Assembly (NCBI GenBank): GCA_938008395.1
Contig: CALLKG010000057.1
Span: 2,000-65,999, forward strand
Direction: 5' to 3'
From: Corynebacterium tuberculostearicum
GTDB taxonomy: Bacteria; Actinomycetota; Actinomycetes; Mycobacteriales; Mycobacteriaceae
Length of the DNA: 64,000 nt
Of the stretch, positions 41,001-49,736 are shown one piece after another. The first letter of the stretch is position 1. Every line of letters starts with the position of its first letter. The position numbers and the translations under genes are program-made. The notes under the pieces are model-generated. The model did not search any database, was not told the DNA's origin, and saw only the letters and a list, made by a program, of their open reading frames with translations.

Positions 41001-41645
41001 TGGGATCGCAAACACGAGCTCGCCCTCGAGCGCGAAATGCTGGGTCTATATGTTTCCGGCCACCCACTCGATGGCTTCGAGGAGGCGCTGGCCGCGCAGA
41101 CGGATACCCCGCTGACCAAGATCCTCAACGACGAGGTGCATAACGGCCAAGAGCTCATCATCGGCGGCATCATTTCGGGCGTGGACCGTCGCTTCTCTAA
41201 GCGTGATGGCTCGCCGTGGGCCATTGTCACGGTGGAAGACCACAACGGCGCGCAGGTGGAAATCCTGGTCTTCAACAAGGTGTACTCGCTCGTCGCCCCG
41301 CAGATCGTGGAGGACAATATCATCCTCGCGCGTGTCAACGTCAAGGTGCGCGATGAGCGCCGTTCGCTGTTCTGCTCCGATATCCGCGTGCCGGAGCTGG
41401 GCCCGGGCGGCGGCGCCGGCCTGCCGCTGCGCCTGACCATGCGCACGGACCAGTGCACCATGGAAAACATTGCCCGCCTCAAGCAGGTCCTGCTCAAAAA
41501 CCAGGGCGAGTCGGATGTGTACCTCGAGCTTGTCGATGGCTCCGAGTCCACCACCATGATCCTCGGCGACCACCTGCGCGTGGAGCGATCCGGCAACCTC
41601 ATGGGCGACCTCAAGGCCACCATGGGTGCGGGCATATTAGGCTGA
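38073..41645 (+). CDS. dnaE: DNA polymerase III alpha subunit
   Basis: [44 protein letters not shown]; ATG 38073 is 7 nt after -10 TATGAT. Confidence 0.98.
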   Translation: MAKNSSFVHLHNHTEFSMLDGMAKVDMLADEVVRQEMPAVGMTDHGNMYGSDAFYRRMTSAGVKPIIGIEAYMAPESRFNKKRVLWGTPDQKRDDVSASGAYLHQTMIAENATGLRNLFTLSSLASYEGQLGKWPRMDAELIAEHADGIIATTGCPSGDVQTRLRLGQFNEALEAAAMWQDIYGKDNFFLELMDHGLDIEKRTRDGLLEIGRKLDLPPLVTNDCHYVLESQAPAHEAMLCVQTGKTFMDPDRFKFGGTGYYIKSAAQMRETWDDMIPDGCDNTLWIAERVQDYGEIWEEHTHDRMPIADVPEGHTPTSWLTHEVMEGLQKRFPGQDIPEEYIERAKYEISVIEMKGYPSYFLIVAELIKHARSVGIRVGPGRGSAAGALVAYALTITNIDPLEHDLLFERFLNPERPSAPDIDIDFDDRRRGEMITYAAERWGEDKVAQVITFGTVKTKQAIKDSAKVHFGQPGFQMADRINGALPPAIMAKDIPLKGITDPDHERYSEAAEVRQMVESDPDVKKIYDTARGLEGVVRQAGVHACAVIMASVRLMDHIPMWKRPADGAYITGWDYPACEAIGLLKMDFLGLRNLTVIGDAIENIKRNRGEEIHLEQLHADDPKVSKVYDLLSRGDTLGVFQLDSGGMQELLKRMKPTGFKDIVASLALYRPGPMGVNAHWDYADRKNGRKEITPIHPELEEPLKEILDETYGLIVYQEQIMRISQKVANYTAGEADGFRKAMGKKKPEVLAQQYDKFWGGMQENGYSKSAMDALWGTIEPFASYAFNKSHAAGYGLVSFWTAYLKAYYAPEYMAALLTSVGDKKDKSAIYLSDCRHLGIKVLPPSVNESEEDFQAVGEDIRFGMGAIRNVGSEVVESIIKSRHDKGAFTSFSDYLDKIELAACTKRVTEALIKAGAFDDLNHPRKGLMLIHEDAVDAVQTTKKAADKGQFDLFAGIGGGEDDAASNAFALDIPEDNWDRKHELALEREMLGLYVSGHPLDGFEEALAAQTDTPLTKILNDEVHNGQELIIGGIISGVDRRFSKRDGSPWAIVTVEDHNGAQVEILVFNKVYSLVAPQIVEDNIILARVNVKVRDERRSLFCSDIRVPELGPGGGAGLPLRLTMRTDQCTMENIARLKQVLLKNQGESDVYLELVDGSESTTMILGDHLRVERSGNLMGDLKATMGAGILG

Positions 41646-41682
41646 ATTTAAACTCTGCGGCCGCAGGCTCCCTCCACTAATC

Positions 41683-41698
41683 TAGACAGCACAGTCTA
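41683..41698. promoter_or_regulatory. McbR operator
   Basis: TAGAC-AGCACA-GTCTA is the exact TAGAC-N6-GTCTA consensus, overlapping -10 TAATCT (41678-41683). Confidence 0.8.
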
Positions 41699-41717
41699 TA
41701 TCGATGGAGGAAACCTA

Positions 41718-42908
41718 ATGGTGAACAAGATTCGCACCACCCACGTCGGCTCGCTGCCGCGCACCCCGGAACTGCTGGAAGCCAACCTGCAGCGCGGGGA
41801 GCTGCCGGCCGCGGAGTTTCAGGGGATTTTGGAGGCTGCGGTGGCGGACGTCGTCAAGCGGCAGCTCGATCTCGGCCTCGATATCATTAACGAGGGCGAG
41901 TATGGCCATATCACCTCTGGCGCGGTGGATTATGGCGCGTGGTGGAATTATTCGTTTAGCCGCCTGGGCGGGCTGACGATGACGGATACCGACCGCTGGG
42001 AATCGGCCGAGGTGGTGCGCTCTAAGCCGGGTGAGCCGCGGCTGACGTCGTTTATTGATCGCCGCGACCGCGCGCTGTTCTCGGAGGCCTATAATGACCC
42101 GGATTCTGGCATCTTCACCGGCCGCGCCAAGGTGGCGAACCCAGAGTTTACCGGACCGGTAACCTACATCGGCCAGGATGAGGTCGCCGCCGATGTGCGC
42201 TTGCTTGCCGACGCCCTCCCGGCCGGCACCCCCGGCTTCATCGCCGCCCTTTCGCCCGGCTCGGCAGCGCGCCTGACCAACCGCTACTACGACGATGAGC
42301 ATGAGCTGCTTGCCGACGTCGGCCGCGCCATGCGTACCGAATACCAGGCCATCACCGACGCTGGGCTTACTGTGCAATTCGACGCGCCCGACTTGGCTGA
42401 GGCTTGGGACCAAATCAATCCCGAGCCGTCCGTGAAGGACTTCCGCGGTTTTATTCGCGAGCGCATCGACGTCCTCAATGATTCCATCGCCGGCCTGCCC
42501 AAGGAACAAACGCGCCTGCATATCTGCTGGGGCTCCTGGCACGGACCGCACGTTACCGACGTGCCCTTTGCGGATATCGTCGAGGAAATCCTGCGTGCCG
42601 AGGTCGGCGGATTCTCCTTCGAGGCCGCTTCGCCGCGCCACGCGCATGAGTGGCGCGTGTGGCAGGACCACGCGCTGCCCGAAGGCACTGTGATTTACCC
42701 GGGCGTGGTATCTCACTCCACCAACGCGGTAGAGCATCCGCGCCTCGTGGCCGATCGCATCATCCAATTCGCTGAGGTAGTCGGCCCCGAAAACGTCATC
42801 GCGTCGACCGATTGCGGCTTGGGCGGCCGCCTGCACCCCCAGATTGCCTGGGCGAAGTTGCAGTCCTTGGTCGAGGGCGCGGAGATTGCTACCCGCGAAC
42901 TCTTCTAA
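41718..42908 (+). CDS. Cobalamin-independent methionine synthase II family protein (single barrel)
   Basis: TTHVGSLPR, DIINEGEY, QFDAP, Zn ligands HICWG and TDCGLG; lacks the N-terminal folate-binding barrel of full MetE. Confidence 0.88.
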   Translation: MVNKIRTTHVGSLPRTPELLEANLQRGELPAAEFQGILEAAVADVVKRQLDLGLDIINEGEYGHITSGAVDYGAWWNYSFSRLGGLTMTDTDRWESAEVVRSKPGEPRLTSFIDRRDRALFSEAYNDPDSGIFTGRAKVANPEFTGPVTYIGQDEVAADVRLLADALPAGTPGFIAALSPGSAARLTNRYYDDEHELLADVGRAMRTEYQAITDAGLTVQFDAPDLAEAWDQINPEPSVKDFRGFIRERIDVLNDSIAGLPKEQTRLHICWGSWHGPHVTDVPFADIVEEILRAEVGGFSFEAASPRHAHEWRVWQDHALPEGTVIYPGVVSHSTNAVEHPRLVADRIIQFAEVVGPENVIASTDCGLGGRLHPQIAWAKLQSLVEGAEIATRELF

Positions 42909-42917
42909 AACACACAA

Positions 42918-42943
42918 AGCCGCTCCGGAGCTCCGGAGCGGCT
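42918..42943. terminator. 26-bp perfect palindrome between convergent genes
   Basis: AGCCGCTCCGGAGCTCCGGAGCGGCT equals its reverse complement. Confidence 0.6.
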
Positions 42944-42957
42944 CAATTATTTAGTGC

Positions 42958-43443
42958 TTAGAAGCGCACGCCCAACTGCTTGAGGGCATTCTTCATCGGC
43001 TCCAGCACAGCGGGGTTCACCTTGGCAACCATGGTGAAGGCCTGCAGCAGCGCGGCAACGAGGCTGGTAGCCACGGTAACCCAGCTCATGACCTCGAGGA
43101 ACTTCTCCGGGGAGGAAGAACCCCAGATGGGAAGCTTCTTGAGCGCCTCGATCTGGTGCGCCTCTGCCTCCTCGGCCACGCAGTCCGGCTCCTTCGGCAT
43201 TCCGGAAGAGCCGTAGCCGTTAGCCAGGCCCTGCATGAGCTCCTGCGGGGTGCGGGCGGAAGATCCGAGCTCGCCGCTCTCAATCTTCTTGAGGTGCTCT
43301 TCCTTGGCGTTGTCGACCTCGGCCTGGCATTCAGCCGAAATCTCCTTCGGCTTATCTTCTGTGGCAGAAGCGGTAGCTGGTGCAACGAGGCCCGCTACCA
43401 CGGCGGTGGCGGCGACGAGCGAAGTGCTGAGACGGTTGCGCAT
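42958..43443 (-). CDS. Secreted protein with GSS motifs and hydrophobic C-terminal tail
   Basis: Signal peptide ending ATASA; SD AAAGGAG; Cys pair; three GSS motifs. Confidence 0.78.
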   Translation of the reverse strand: MRNRLSTSLVAATAVVAGLVAPATASATEDKPKEISAECQAEVDNAKEEHLKKIESGELGSSARTPQELMQGLANGYGSSGMPKEPDCVAEEAEAHQIEALKKLPIWGSSSPEKFLEVMSWVTVATSLVAALLQAFTMVAKVNPAVLEPMKNALKQLGVRF

Positions 43444-43505
43444 GGTTCTCCTTTAGAGTGAGAGGTATTAGCCTCAAATAATTTAGCAGCTAAATCTCGG
43501 AAGGT

Positions 43506-45371
43506 CTATGGCAAAAGCTTGCGCACCTGGGCCGGCAACAGCGCATAGAACTCGTCGACGGTCTTCGGCAGGAAACCCAGCGCCCCGCCAATCAGGGCGC
43601 CAAGACCTACCAAGCCGGCCACGATGCCCACGCCAGCGGCGACGCTGCTGCCGTTGCTGCTGTTGCTGGAACCGTCGGAGCTGCCGGATGCGGCAGGGGA
43701 GTCGGCGTTGTCGGAGGCGTCGGTAAGCAGGTCCTTGACGGAGAACACGGTGGTGGTGCCGGATACCTCGTTGCCGGCGATGAGAAGGGCGTCCTCGGCA
43801 GGGGAGTCAGCGGCGGGGACGAAGGCCAGGCCCTCTGGTCCGAGGTCGCCGGCCTTGGTGGTGGCAGCGACATCGTCCTCGTCGTAGCCAACGGAGAAAT
43901 CGCGATTGTTGACGTAGGTGACAAACTTTGCCTCGGCGGGGGTGGTTACGTCGTAGACAAAGATGCCGCCCACTCGCTCTGCGCCGATGAAGGCATAGGT
44001 GCGGTCGCCAACCTTGCCGATGGTCAAGGCTTCCGGCTCTGGTCCCTTGTTATCGGAGCGGTCATCGAAATCCGGATCCTCGTTATCGGCGTTGAAGTTC
44101 AGGCCGGGCATATCCTTGGTGATGTTCTCGAAGTCCGCACCGGAGTCGAAGACGACGTTGCCTTCGGCGTCGTAGATGCTAAAAGAGCGCGATCCATAGG
44201 AATATAGGCCGTCGAAGCATTCCTTTTCTTCGTTCCAGCCAGAAGCGTTGGAGAGCTTGAGGTTGCCGGCGATCTTCTTATCCTCAATGCCCTCGGGAAG
44301 CTCGAGGTCATCGCAGACCTTGCCGTCCTTTACTAGGTCCTTGAGCTCTACTTCGTCGGTATAGCCGCCCCATTCACGGGCATCGCCTTCGTTGGCGGTG
44401 GCGAAATAGGTCTGGCCTTCAGTCTCGAAAGCGCCGATGGAGTCCGGCATGGACAGGCCCTTGACCGGAATGGTGCGCAGCTCCGCGGCGTCATCCTTAT
44501 TGGACGGATCCAGCGGCACCTGGGAGTGGTCCGCGATATGAGCGGGGATTACCTTTTCTACGGTGGCGGATTCGATATCGATGACCGCGATGGCGTTGTT
44601 TTCTTGCAGCGTGGCGTAGGCCTTGCCGCCCGCGGAGGAGATGTACTCCGGCTCGAAGTCCCGCGAGGGCAGGTTATGGTGCCCGGAGGGGCCGAAGACA
44701 CGGATCGAGGGGTCGAGGTCGGCGGTGTCAAAGGCGGTGAAGTCGGCCGTGTGGACGTCGCCAAGCGCGGGCGCTGCGACGTCCTCGGGCAGGCTGATGA
44801 CAGAAATGGAGCCCTCTGGGTCCTTGAGGTAGGCGGTGCCCTCGGCGTTGAGGGCGTCGGAAGGCTCGCCCTCGTTGGCAACCAGCGCGTGGCGGCCGTC
44901 GGCGGTGAGGTGCACGTTATCGGGCAGGGCGCCAACGCCCACGCGCCCAAGCTCCTCGCCGGTTTCGGCATTGAAGAACAGCGCCTCGCCGTTATCGGTT
45001 TTGTCCGCCTGCTGCACCGCGGCGACGGCCAGGCCATCGGGGCGCACGGCCACGGAGTTGATTTCCTTGTCCCCGCCGGCGGAGAGGGCGCCGATCTTGC
45101 GCGGCTTAGTGGGATCGGAGGCGTCAAGGATATCGACCTCGCCAGAGCGCGCATTGACGGTGAGGATGCGCTGGGACGCAGCGTGGTAGGCGACGATTTC
45201 GGCGGCGGATTTGCCCAGCACGCCGGATTCATGGGAACCGATGGGGGTCAGCTGCAGTGCCGCGTTGGGGGCGGAGTGTTCCAGCACGTTATCCACGATA
45301 TGGGCGTGGGCGGCCGGGGCACAGGCGAGGACGAGCGAGGAGGTAACGCAGAGAGAGGTGCGCTTGAGCAT
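43506..45371 (-). CDS. Secreted choice-of-anchor I / atypical alkaline phosphatase-like beta-propeller protein
   Basis: Signal peptide to AAHA; GALPD, VANEGEP, EPEYI, TLQENNA, ANEGD, DDRSDNKGPEPE, GPEGL motifs; SD AAAGGA before ATG 45371. Confidence 0.8.
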   Translation of the reverse strand: MLKRTSLCVTSSLVLACAPAAHAHIVDNVLEHSAPNAALQLTPIGSHESGVLGKSAAEIVAYHAASQRILTVNARSGEVDILDASDPTKPRKIGALSAGGDKEINSVAVRPDGLAVAAVQQADKTDNGEALFFNAETGEELGRVGVGALPDNVHLTADGRHALVANEGEPSDALNAEGTAYLKDPEGSISVISLPEDVAAPALGDVHTADFTAFDTADLDPSIRVFGPSGHHNLPSRDFEPEYISSAGGKAYATLQENNAIAVIDIESATVEKVIPAHIADHSQVPLDPSNKDDAAELRTIPVKGLSMPDSIGAFETEGQTYFATANEGDAREWGGYTDEVELKDLVKDGKVCDDLELPEGIEDKKIAGNLKLSNASGWNEEKECFDGLYSYGSRSFSIYDAEGNVVFDSGADFENITKDMPGLNFNADNEDPDFDDRSDNKGPEPEALTIGKVGDRTYAFIGAERVGGIFVYDVTTPAEAKFVTYVNNRDFSVGYDEDDVAATTKAGDLGPEGLAFVPAADSPAEDALLIAGNEVSGTTTVFSVKDLLTDASDNADSPAASGSSDGSSNSSNGSSVAAGVGIVAGLVGLGALIGGALGFLPKTVDEFYALLPAQVRKLLP

Positions 45372-45470
45372 AAGTATTCCTTTCTTGTGGTTATGTCCAC
45401 TATTGCTGACCGAGGTAACGCTGCAACTAAAGGACAGTGAATTTCCAGTAAATGGGTAGACTGTCAAGAC

Positions 45471-46739
45471 ATGACTGATTCGACCATCCATGCATCCGAT
45501 ATCCAGCAGGCGCAGGCGCGGATTAGCTCGGAAATCGCCCCGACTCCGCTGCAATACTGCGCCCGACTGTCGGCCGAGACGGGCTGCGAGGTCTATCTCA
45601 AGCGGGAGGATCTGCAGGACGTGCGCTCCTATAAGATTCGCGGCGCGTTAAACGGTATGTCGAATGTTCCCCAGGAAGAGCGCGGCCGGGGAGTTGTTAC
45701 GGCCTCGGCCGGCAATCATGCGCAGGGCGTGGCCTATGCCTGCCGCACGATGGGCATTGCCGGCAAGATTTTCGTGCCGGAGCCCACGCCGATGCAAAAG
45801 CGCGACCGCATCCTGGTCCATGGCGGCGACCAGGTGGAGCTGGTGGTGGTCGGCACCAACTTCGATGAGGCAGCTGCCGCCGCGCATGCCGACGCCGCCG
45901 AGCGCGACGCCACCTTCATCGAGCCCTTCGACGCCCGCGATACCATCACCGGACAAGGCACGGTTGCGGCGGAAGTTCTGGCGCAGCTTTCGGCCAAGGG
46001 CAAGTCGCTCGATACCATCGTCGTTCCTGTGGGTGGCGGCGGCCTGATTTCCGGCATCACCTCCTATGTGGCGGATATGGCGCCGCAGACCCGGGTGGTG
46101 GGCATGGAGCCGGAGGGGGCGGCGTCGCTCAGAGCGGCGTTTGACCACGGCGGCCCGGTCACGCTGGAGGAGGTCGACCCCTTCGTGGATGGCGCGGCCG
46201 TCAAGCGCCTAGGCGCGCTGCCCTATGAGATTTTGCAGGCCAATCGCGAACGCCTGAGCTTTGACACCGTGTCCGAGGGCGCGGTGTGCACGGACCTGCT
46301 CAACCTGTATCAAAATGAGGGCATCATTGCGGAGCCGGCCGGTGCGCTGTCGGTGGCGGGCCTGCACCAATTGGACCTGGAGCCAGGCTCGACGGTGGTG
46401 TGCGTAATTTCCGGCGGCAATAACGATGTACTGCGCTACGCCGAAATCATGGAACGCTCCCTGGTCCACCGCGGCCTGAAGCATTATTTCTTGGTGAATT
46501 TCCCGCAGGAGCCGGGCCAGTTGCGCCACTTCTTGCACGAGATTCTGGGCCCGACCGATGACATCACGCTCTTTGAATATCTCAAGCGCAATAACCGAGA
46601 GACGGGCGCTGCGCTGGTGGGCCTGCAGCTTAGCCGTGCCGAGGATCTCGAGGGCCTGCTAGAGCGCATGGGAGAATCCAAGATTTCGGTGCAGTACCTC
46701 AAGCCCGGCACCCCCGAGTACGAATTCCTCGTGGCCTAA
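45471..46739 (+). CDS. ilvA: Threonine dehydratase (short form)
   Basis: KREDLQDVRSYKIRG, ASAGNHAQG, VPVGGGGL, SGGN, C-terminal regulatory domain. Confidence 0.97.
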   Translation: MTDSTIHASDIQQAQARISSEIAPTPLQYCARLSAETGCEVYLKREDLQDVRSYKIRGALNGMSNVPQEERGRGVVTASAGNHAQGVAYACRTMGIAGKIFVPEPTPMQKRDRILVHGGDQVELVVVGTNFDEAAAAAHADAAERDATFIEPFDARDTITGQGTVAAEVLAQLSAKGKSLDTIVVPVGGGGLISGITSYVADMAPQTRVVGMEPEGAASLRAAFDHGGPVTLEEVDPFVDGAAVKRLGALPYEILQANRERLSFDTVSEGAVCTDLLNLYQNEGIIAEPAGALSVAGLHQLDLEPGSTVVCVISGGNNDVLRYAEIMERSLVHRGLKHYFLVNFPQEPGQLRHFLHEILGPTDDITLFEYLKRNNRETGAALVGLQLSRAEDLEGLLERMGESKISVQYLKPGTPEYEFLVA

Positions 46740-47377
46740 TGCAGGATTCTTATCGTCGCCCAGTGGGCCAGGTTGAACACGAAATTGAAATTAAGCGCTC
46801 CCGGTTCATTACTTTGATCGGCCGCGTCACCAACGAGGAAGAAGCACGTGCGTTTATCGACGCCGCCCGCAGCCGCTTTCCCGACGCCCGCCACCATTGC
46901 TCCGCCTACGTCTACCACGTCGACGGCGCAAACCCGGTGGAGCGATCCTCCGATGACGGCGAGCCCTCCGGTACGGCCGGAAAGCCGATGCTAGACGTGG
47001 TGAAGGGCTCCGGCATGCTCGATGTGTGCGCGGTGGTCGTGCGCTACTTTGGCGGCATCAAGCTGGGCGCCGGCGGGCTGGTGCATGCCTATGGTGGTGC
47101 GGTGAGCGAGGCCATGGAGAAGGTGCGCGCGGTAACCAGGGCGCGCCGGGAGCTTTATGCGGTGGAGTGCCCGCATGCGACGGCCGGGCGGGTAGAGGCG
47201 GACCTGCGCGGGCGCGGCTATGAGATAACCGATACCGCCTATGCGGCCGCGGTAACCTTTACGCTGGCCGTGCGCCCAGGCGGGCTGGACGAGCTGGAAG
47301 CTACGCTCGCAGCGATCTCGCAGGGCCAGCTCGAAGCGGCAGAGGCCGGCAGCGCGTGGGTTGAGGTAGGATCCTGA
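46739..47377 (+). CDS. yigZ: YigZ/IMPACT family protein
   Basis: EIKRSRF, ARHHC, DDGEPSGTAG, RYFGGIKLGAGGL motifs. Confidence 0.92.
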   Translation: MQDSYRRPVGQVEHEIEIKRSRFITLIGRVTNEEEARAFIDAARSRFPDARHHCSAYVYHVDGANPVERSSDDGEPSGTAGKPMLDVVKGSGMLDVCAVVVRYFGGIKLGAGGLVHAYGGAVSEAMEKVRAVTRARRELYAVECPHATAGRVEADLRGRGYEITDTAYAAAVTFTLAVRPGGLDELEATLAAISQGQLEAAEAGSAWVEVGS

Positions 47378-47379
47378 CC

Positions 47380-47619
47380 ATGACTATGCAGCAGCGACCG
47401 AATAACCCCATTGCGCAGCGCAAGCAGCAGGTGCGCAAGCACTCCCGCAACGCCGTCGTATGCGTGGCCGGCGGCATTGGTGTGGGCGTAGTGCTCGGCG
47501 TGCTTTCGGCTAACTTCTGGGCCTGGATGCTAATTGGTGCCATCGTTGCCGTCGCAGGTGGCGGCTATAACTGGCTGAAGATCCAGAAAATCGTCAACGA
47601 GAACCACAACCAGTACTAG
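47380..47619 (+). CDS. Small two-TM membrane protein
   Basis: Two hydrophobic helices; tightly packed in the ilvA-yigZ-hslR run. Confidence 0.72.
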   Translation: MTMQQRPNNPIAQRKQQVRKHSRNAVVCVAGGIGVGVVLGVLSANFWAWMLIGAIVAVAGGGYNWLKIQKIVNENHNQY

Positions 47620-48009
47620 ATGCCGGCACCGCAACCTAGCGGCCGCCCCGTCAGGATCGATGCCTGGGTGTGGGCCGTTCGCATGTTTAAAACCCGGTCC
47701 GCGGCCGCGACGGCCGTGCGCGCCGGGCACGTGAAGATCAATGGCGAGGCCGTCAAGCCTTCCCAACAGGTGGTGCCGGGCGACCGCGTGCGCGTATGGC
47801 GCAACCACCACGAGCATGACCTCGAGGTTTTAGCGACCGTCGCTAAGCGCGTCGGCGCGCCCGTCGCGCGCACCTGCTACACGGACCACGCGCCACCGCC
47901 GCCGCCCAAGGAGTTTATGCCGTCGGTTCCCGTGCGCCCGCGCGGCGCCGGTCGGCCGACGAAGAAGGAGCGCCGCGATATGGAGAAATTCCGCGGCGGT
48001 TTCCGGTAA
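47620..48009 (+). CDS. hslR: S4-domain ribosome-associated heat shock protein Hsp15
   Basis: VRIDAWVWAVRMFKTRS, GHVKING, GAGRPTKKERR motifs. Confidence 0.9.
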   Translation: MPAPQPSGRPVRIDAWVWAVRMFKTRSAAATAVRAGHVKINGEAVKPSQQVVPGDRVRVWRNHHEHDLEVLATVAKRVGAPVARTCYTDHAPPPPPKEFMPSVPVRPRGAGRPTKKERRDMEKFRGGFR

Positions 48010-48030
48010 CTTGCCGAAAATCCTGCGCGG

Positions 48031-49029
48031 CTAGTGGGCGGCGCGTAGGGCTTTCAAGCGCGCAGTAAGCCGCCGCTTGCGGCCTGGGCGGTCGCCGGAT
48101 TCGGCGGTGGCCTCGATGTGCTGCTTGCCAAACTTGTTGAGCAGGAGGTCGTCGATAAGCCGCACCTGGCCGGGGCGGAAACGGTAGCGCATGGCGTCGT
48201 GGACGTGGGCAATGGCGGTGTCATCCAGCAACTGCTCAAGCTGGCCCAAGTGGCGCACGCCGTTTTGCTCCAGGAGCTCCGCCAAGAAGCGGTAGTGCTC
48301 CGAGCGCGAAAGCGGGAAGCGGTTACCCAAGATGATGGCGAGCACGCCCGGCAGGGTCTCGGCGGTAAGCTCGACGTCCTTGTCGGTTTCTGTATCGGGG
48401 GCCTTGAGGGCGGCGATCTCATCGAATTGCTGGTCGGCGAGCTCGATAAGCCCCGCGGCCAAGGTAAAGAGGCGATCTACCTCCGGCGAGGGCGGGTTCG
48501 GTCCCTGCTTATAGCGGATATCGTGCTCAAATTCCGCCCATGCGTGCTGCAGGACGGTGCGAATCTGCACCTCAAAGGTCCAGCCCACATAGCTCGCCAG
48601 CTCTTCCATCGCGGCCGCGCTGTCCTCGGTTACGGTGAGCACCAAGTGGTGGGAGCCATAGCCGAATCCGCCCGAAATACGAGTTTCGGCCGCCTTGTCT
48701 ACGGAGCGCTCCACGTGGAAAGACTCCCCAAAGACGTTGAGCGCTTGCGGGATGGCGGTGGAGTGATACAGCGTCACGCGCACGCCCATCACATCGTGGA
48801 TCTCCTGCCAGGGCTGGGGATAGACAAAATCGCCGTTCTCCCGGCGCTTCTTGGCCTTCGCCTTCAGCGAGGGCCAGGTCTTTACGCGGGTAGAGACGCG
48901 GTCAAAGATGATGCCGGCGTCATTGAGGAGATCCTCGATGGCGGTGCGGAAGTCCACCGCGGCGGTGGGGTGGCTGCGCGCCCAGTCGTGGTACTGGTTG
49001 CTCAGCCGCGACATCCTACTTTCCGGCAT
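48031..49029 (-). CDS. relS: Small alarmone synthetase ((p)ppGpp synthetase, RelS-like)
   Basis: RVKTWPSLKAK, DVMGVR, GYGSHH, EVQIRT, HAWAEFEHD; no HD hydrolase or TGS/ACT domains; SD AAAGGAG. Confidence 0.85.
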   Translation of the reverse strand: MPESRMSRLSNQYHDWARSHPTAAVDFRTAIEDLLNDAGIIFDRVSTRVKTWPSLKAKAKKRRENGDFVYPQPWQEIHDVMGVRVTLYHSTAIPQALNVFGESFHVERSVDKAAETRISGGFGYGSHHLVLTVTEDSAAAMEELASYVGWTFEVQIRTVLQHAWAEFEHDIRYKQGPNPPSPEVDRLFTLAAGLIELADQQFDEIAALKAPDTETDKDVELTAETLPGVLAIILGNRFPLSRSEHYRFLAELLEQNGVRHLGQLEQLLDDTAIAHVHDAMRYRFRPGQVRLIDDLLLNKFGKQHIEATAESGDRPGRKRRLTARLKALRAAH

Positions 49030-49039
49030 GGTGCTCCTT

Positions 49040-49657
49040 TCATAACTCCCGCGGGAATCCGTTAGACCATACTAGCGGGCGTGGGTGGAGCACGGTGCGA
49101 TGGCGGGGCACGCGCGCGACGGCATCGGCGGCCAGCTGGCGGGCATAGGTGTCCGGCAGGTGGGCAAAGGCGAAGAGCGTGGCGGAGTCCGGAACTAGGT
49201 AGGTCAGGGAGTGCGATCGCAGGAGTCGGCGCATGTGCTTGTCCAGCACGGTAAAGGTCTCTGGGTGGGCAATCCAGGAGGAAATCGGTGCGCCGTGGGA
49301 GCGCACCTGCAAGCCACCGAAACGAGCGGCGGAAGGCAGCTCGCAGGCGGCAGGCCGGCTCCAAAAACGCAACCCTTGCGAATCGAGGGCGGCGCGCTGC
49401 AGATTATGCGAGGCGTGGTTCCATGCGCGGCGCGCGGAGATATCCATGTCCGCGAGACCGCGGTGGCTGAGCCGGCGAAAGGTCTGCTTGCCAGGAAAGA
49501 CCAGCGCCATAGACAGGCTCGGGGAGAGCTGGATGGTGGCGAGGGAGTCGCAGAAGCCGTCGTCGGAAAGCCGCTGTTCCTTCAGCCACGAGCGGGCAAA
49601 GAGCGCAGGCAGCAGGTTTGCGGTGGTGGGGCGAGGCGGGCGCAGGGCGACGGTCAC
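49040..49657 (-). CDS. Hypothetical protein directly upstream of relS
   Basis: 205-codon ORF with SD GGAG 8 nt before GTG; ends 10 nt before the relS start; fills the gap between two clear genes. Confidence 0.65.
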   Translation of the reverse strand: MTVALRPPRPTTANLLPALFARSWLKEQRLSDDGFCDSLATIQLSPSLSMALVFPGKQTFRRLSHRGLADMDISARRAWNHASHNLQRAALDSQGLRFWSRPAACELPSAARFGGLQVRSHGAPISSWIAHPETFTVLDKHMRRLLRSHSLTYLVPDSATLFAFAHLPDTYARQLAADAVARVPRHRTVLHPRPLVWSNGFPREL

Positions 49658-49718
49658 GGCGGGTTCTCCAGTGTGGCGGTAGGGGTGGTCGCCTTAATTG
49701 GACTGGAGAAACCGCCGT
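49656..49718 (-). promoter_or_regulatory. 17-bp inverted repeat covering the RBS of the 49040..49657 gene
   Basis: ACGGCGGGTTCTCCAGT (49656-49672) versus ACTGGAGAAACCGCCGT (49702-49718), 16/17 complementary, 29-nt loop. Confidence 0.6.
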
Positions 49719-49736
49719 TTGGTTCCCCGGGTGGGC

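Noticed and set aside
45372-45554. Extension of the choice-of-anchor I ORF
   Set aside because: Overlaps ilvA and its promoter; SD and signal peptide start at 45371.
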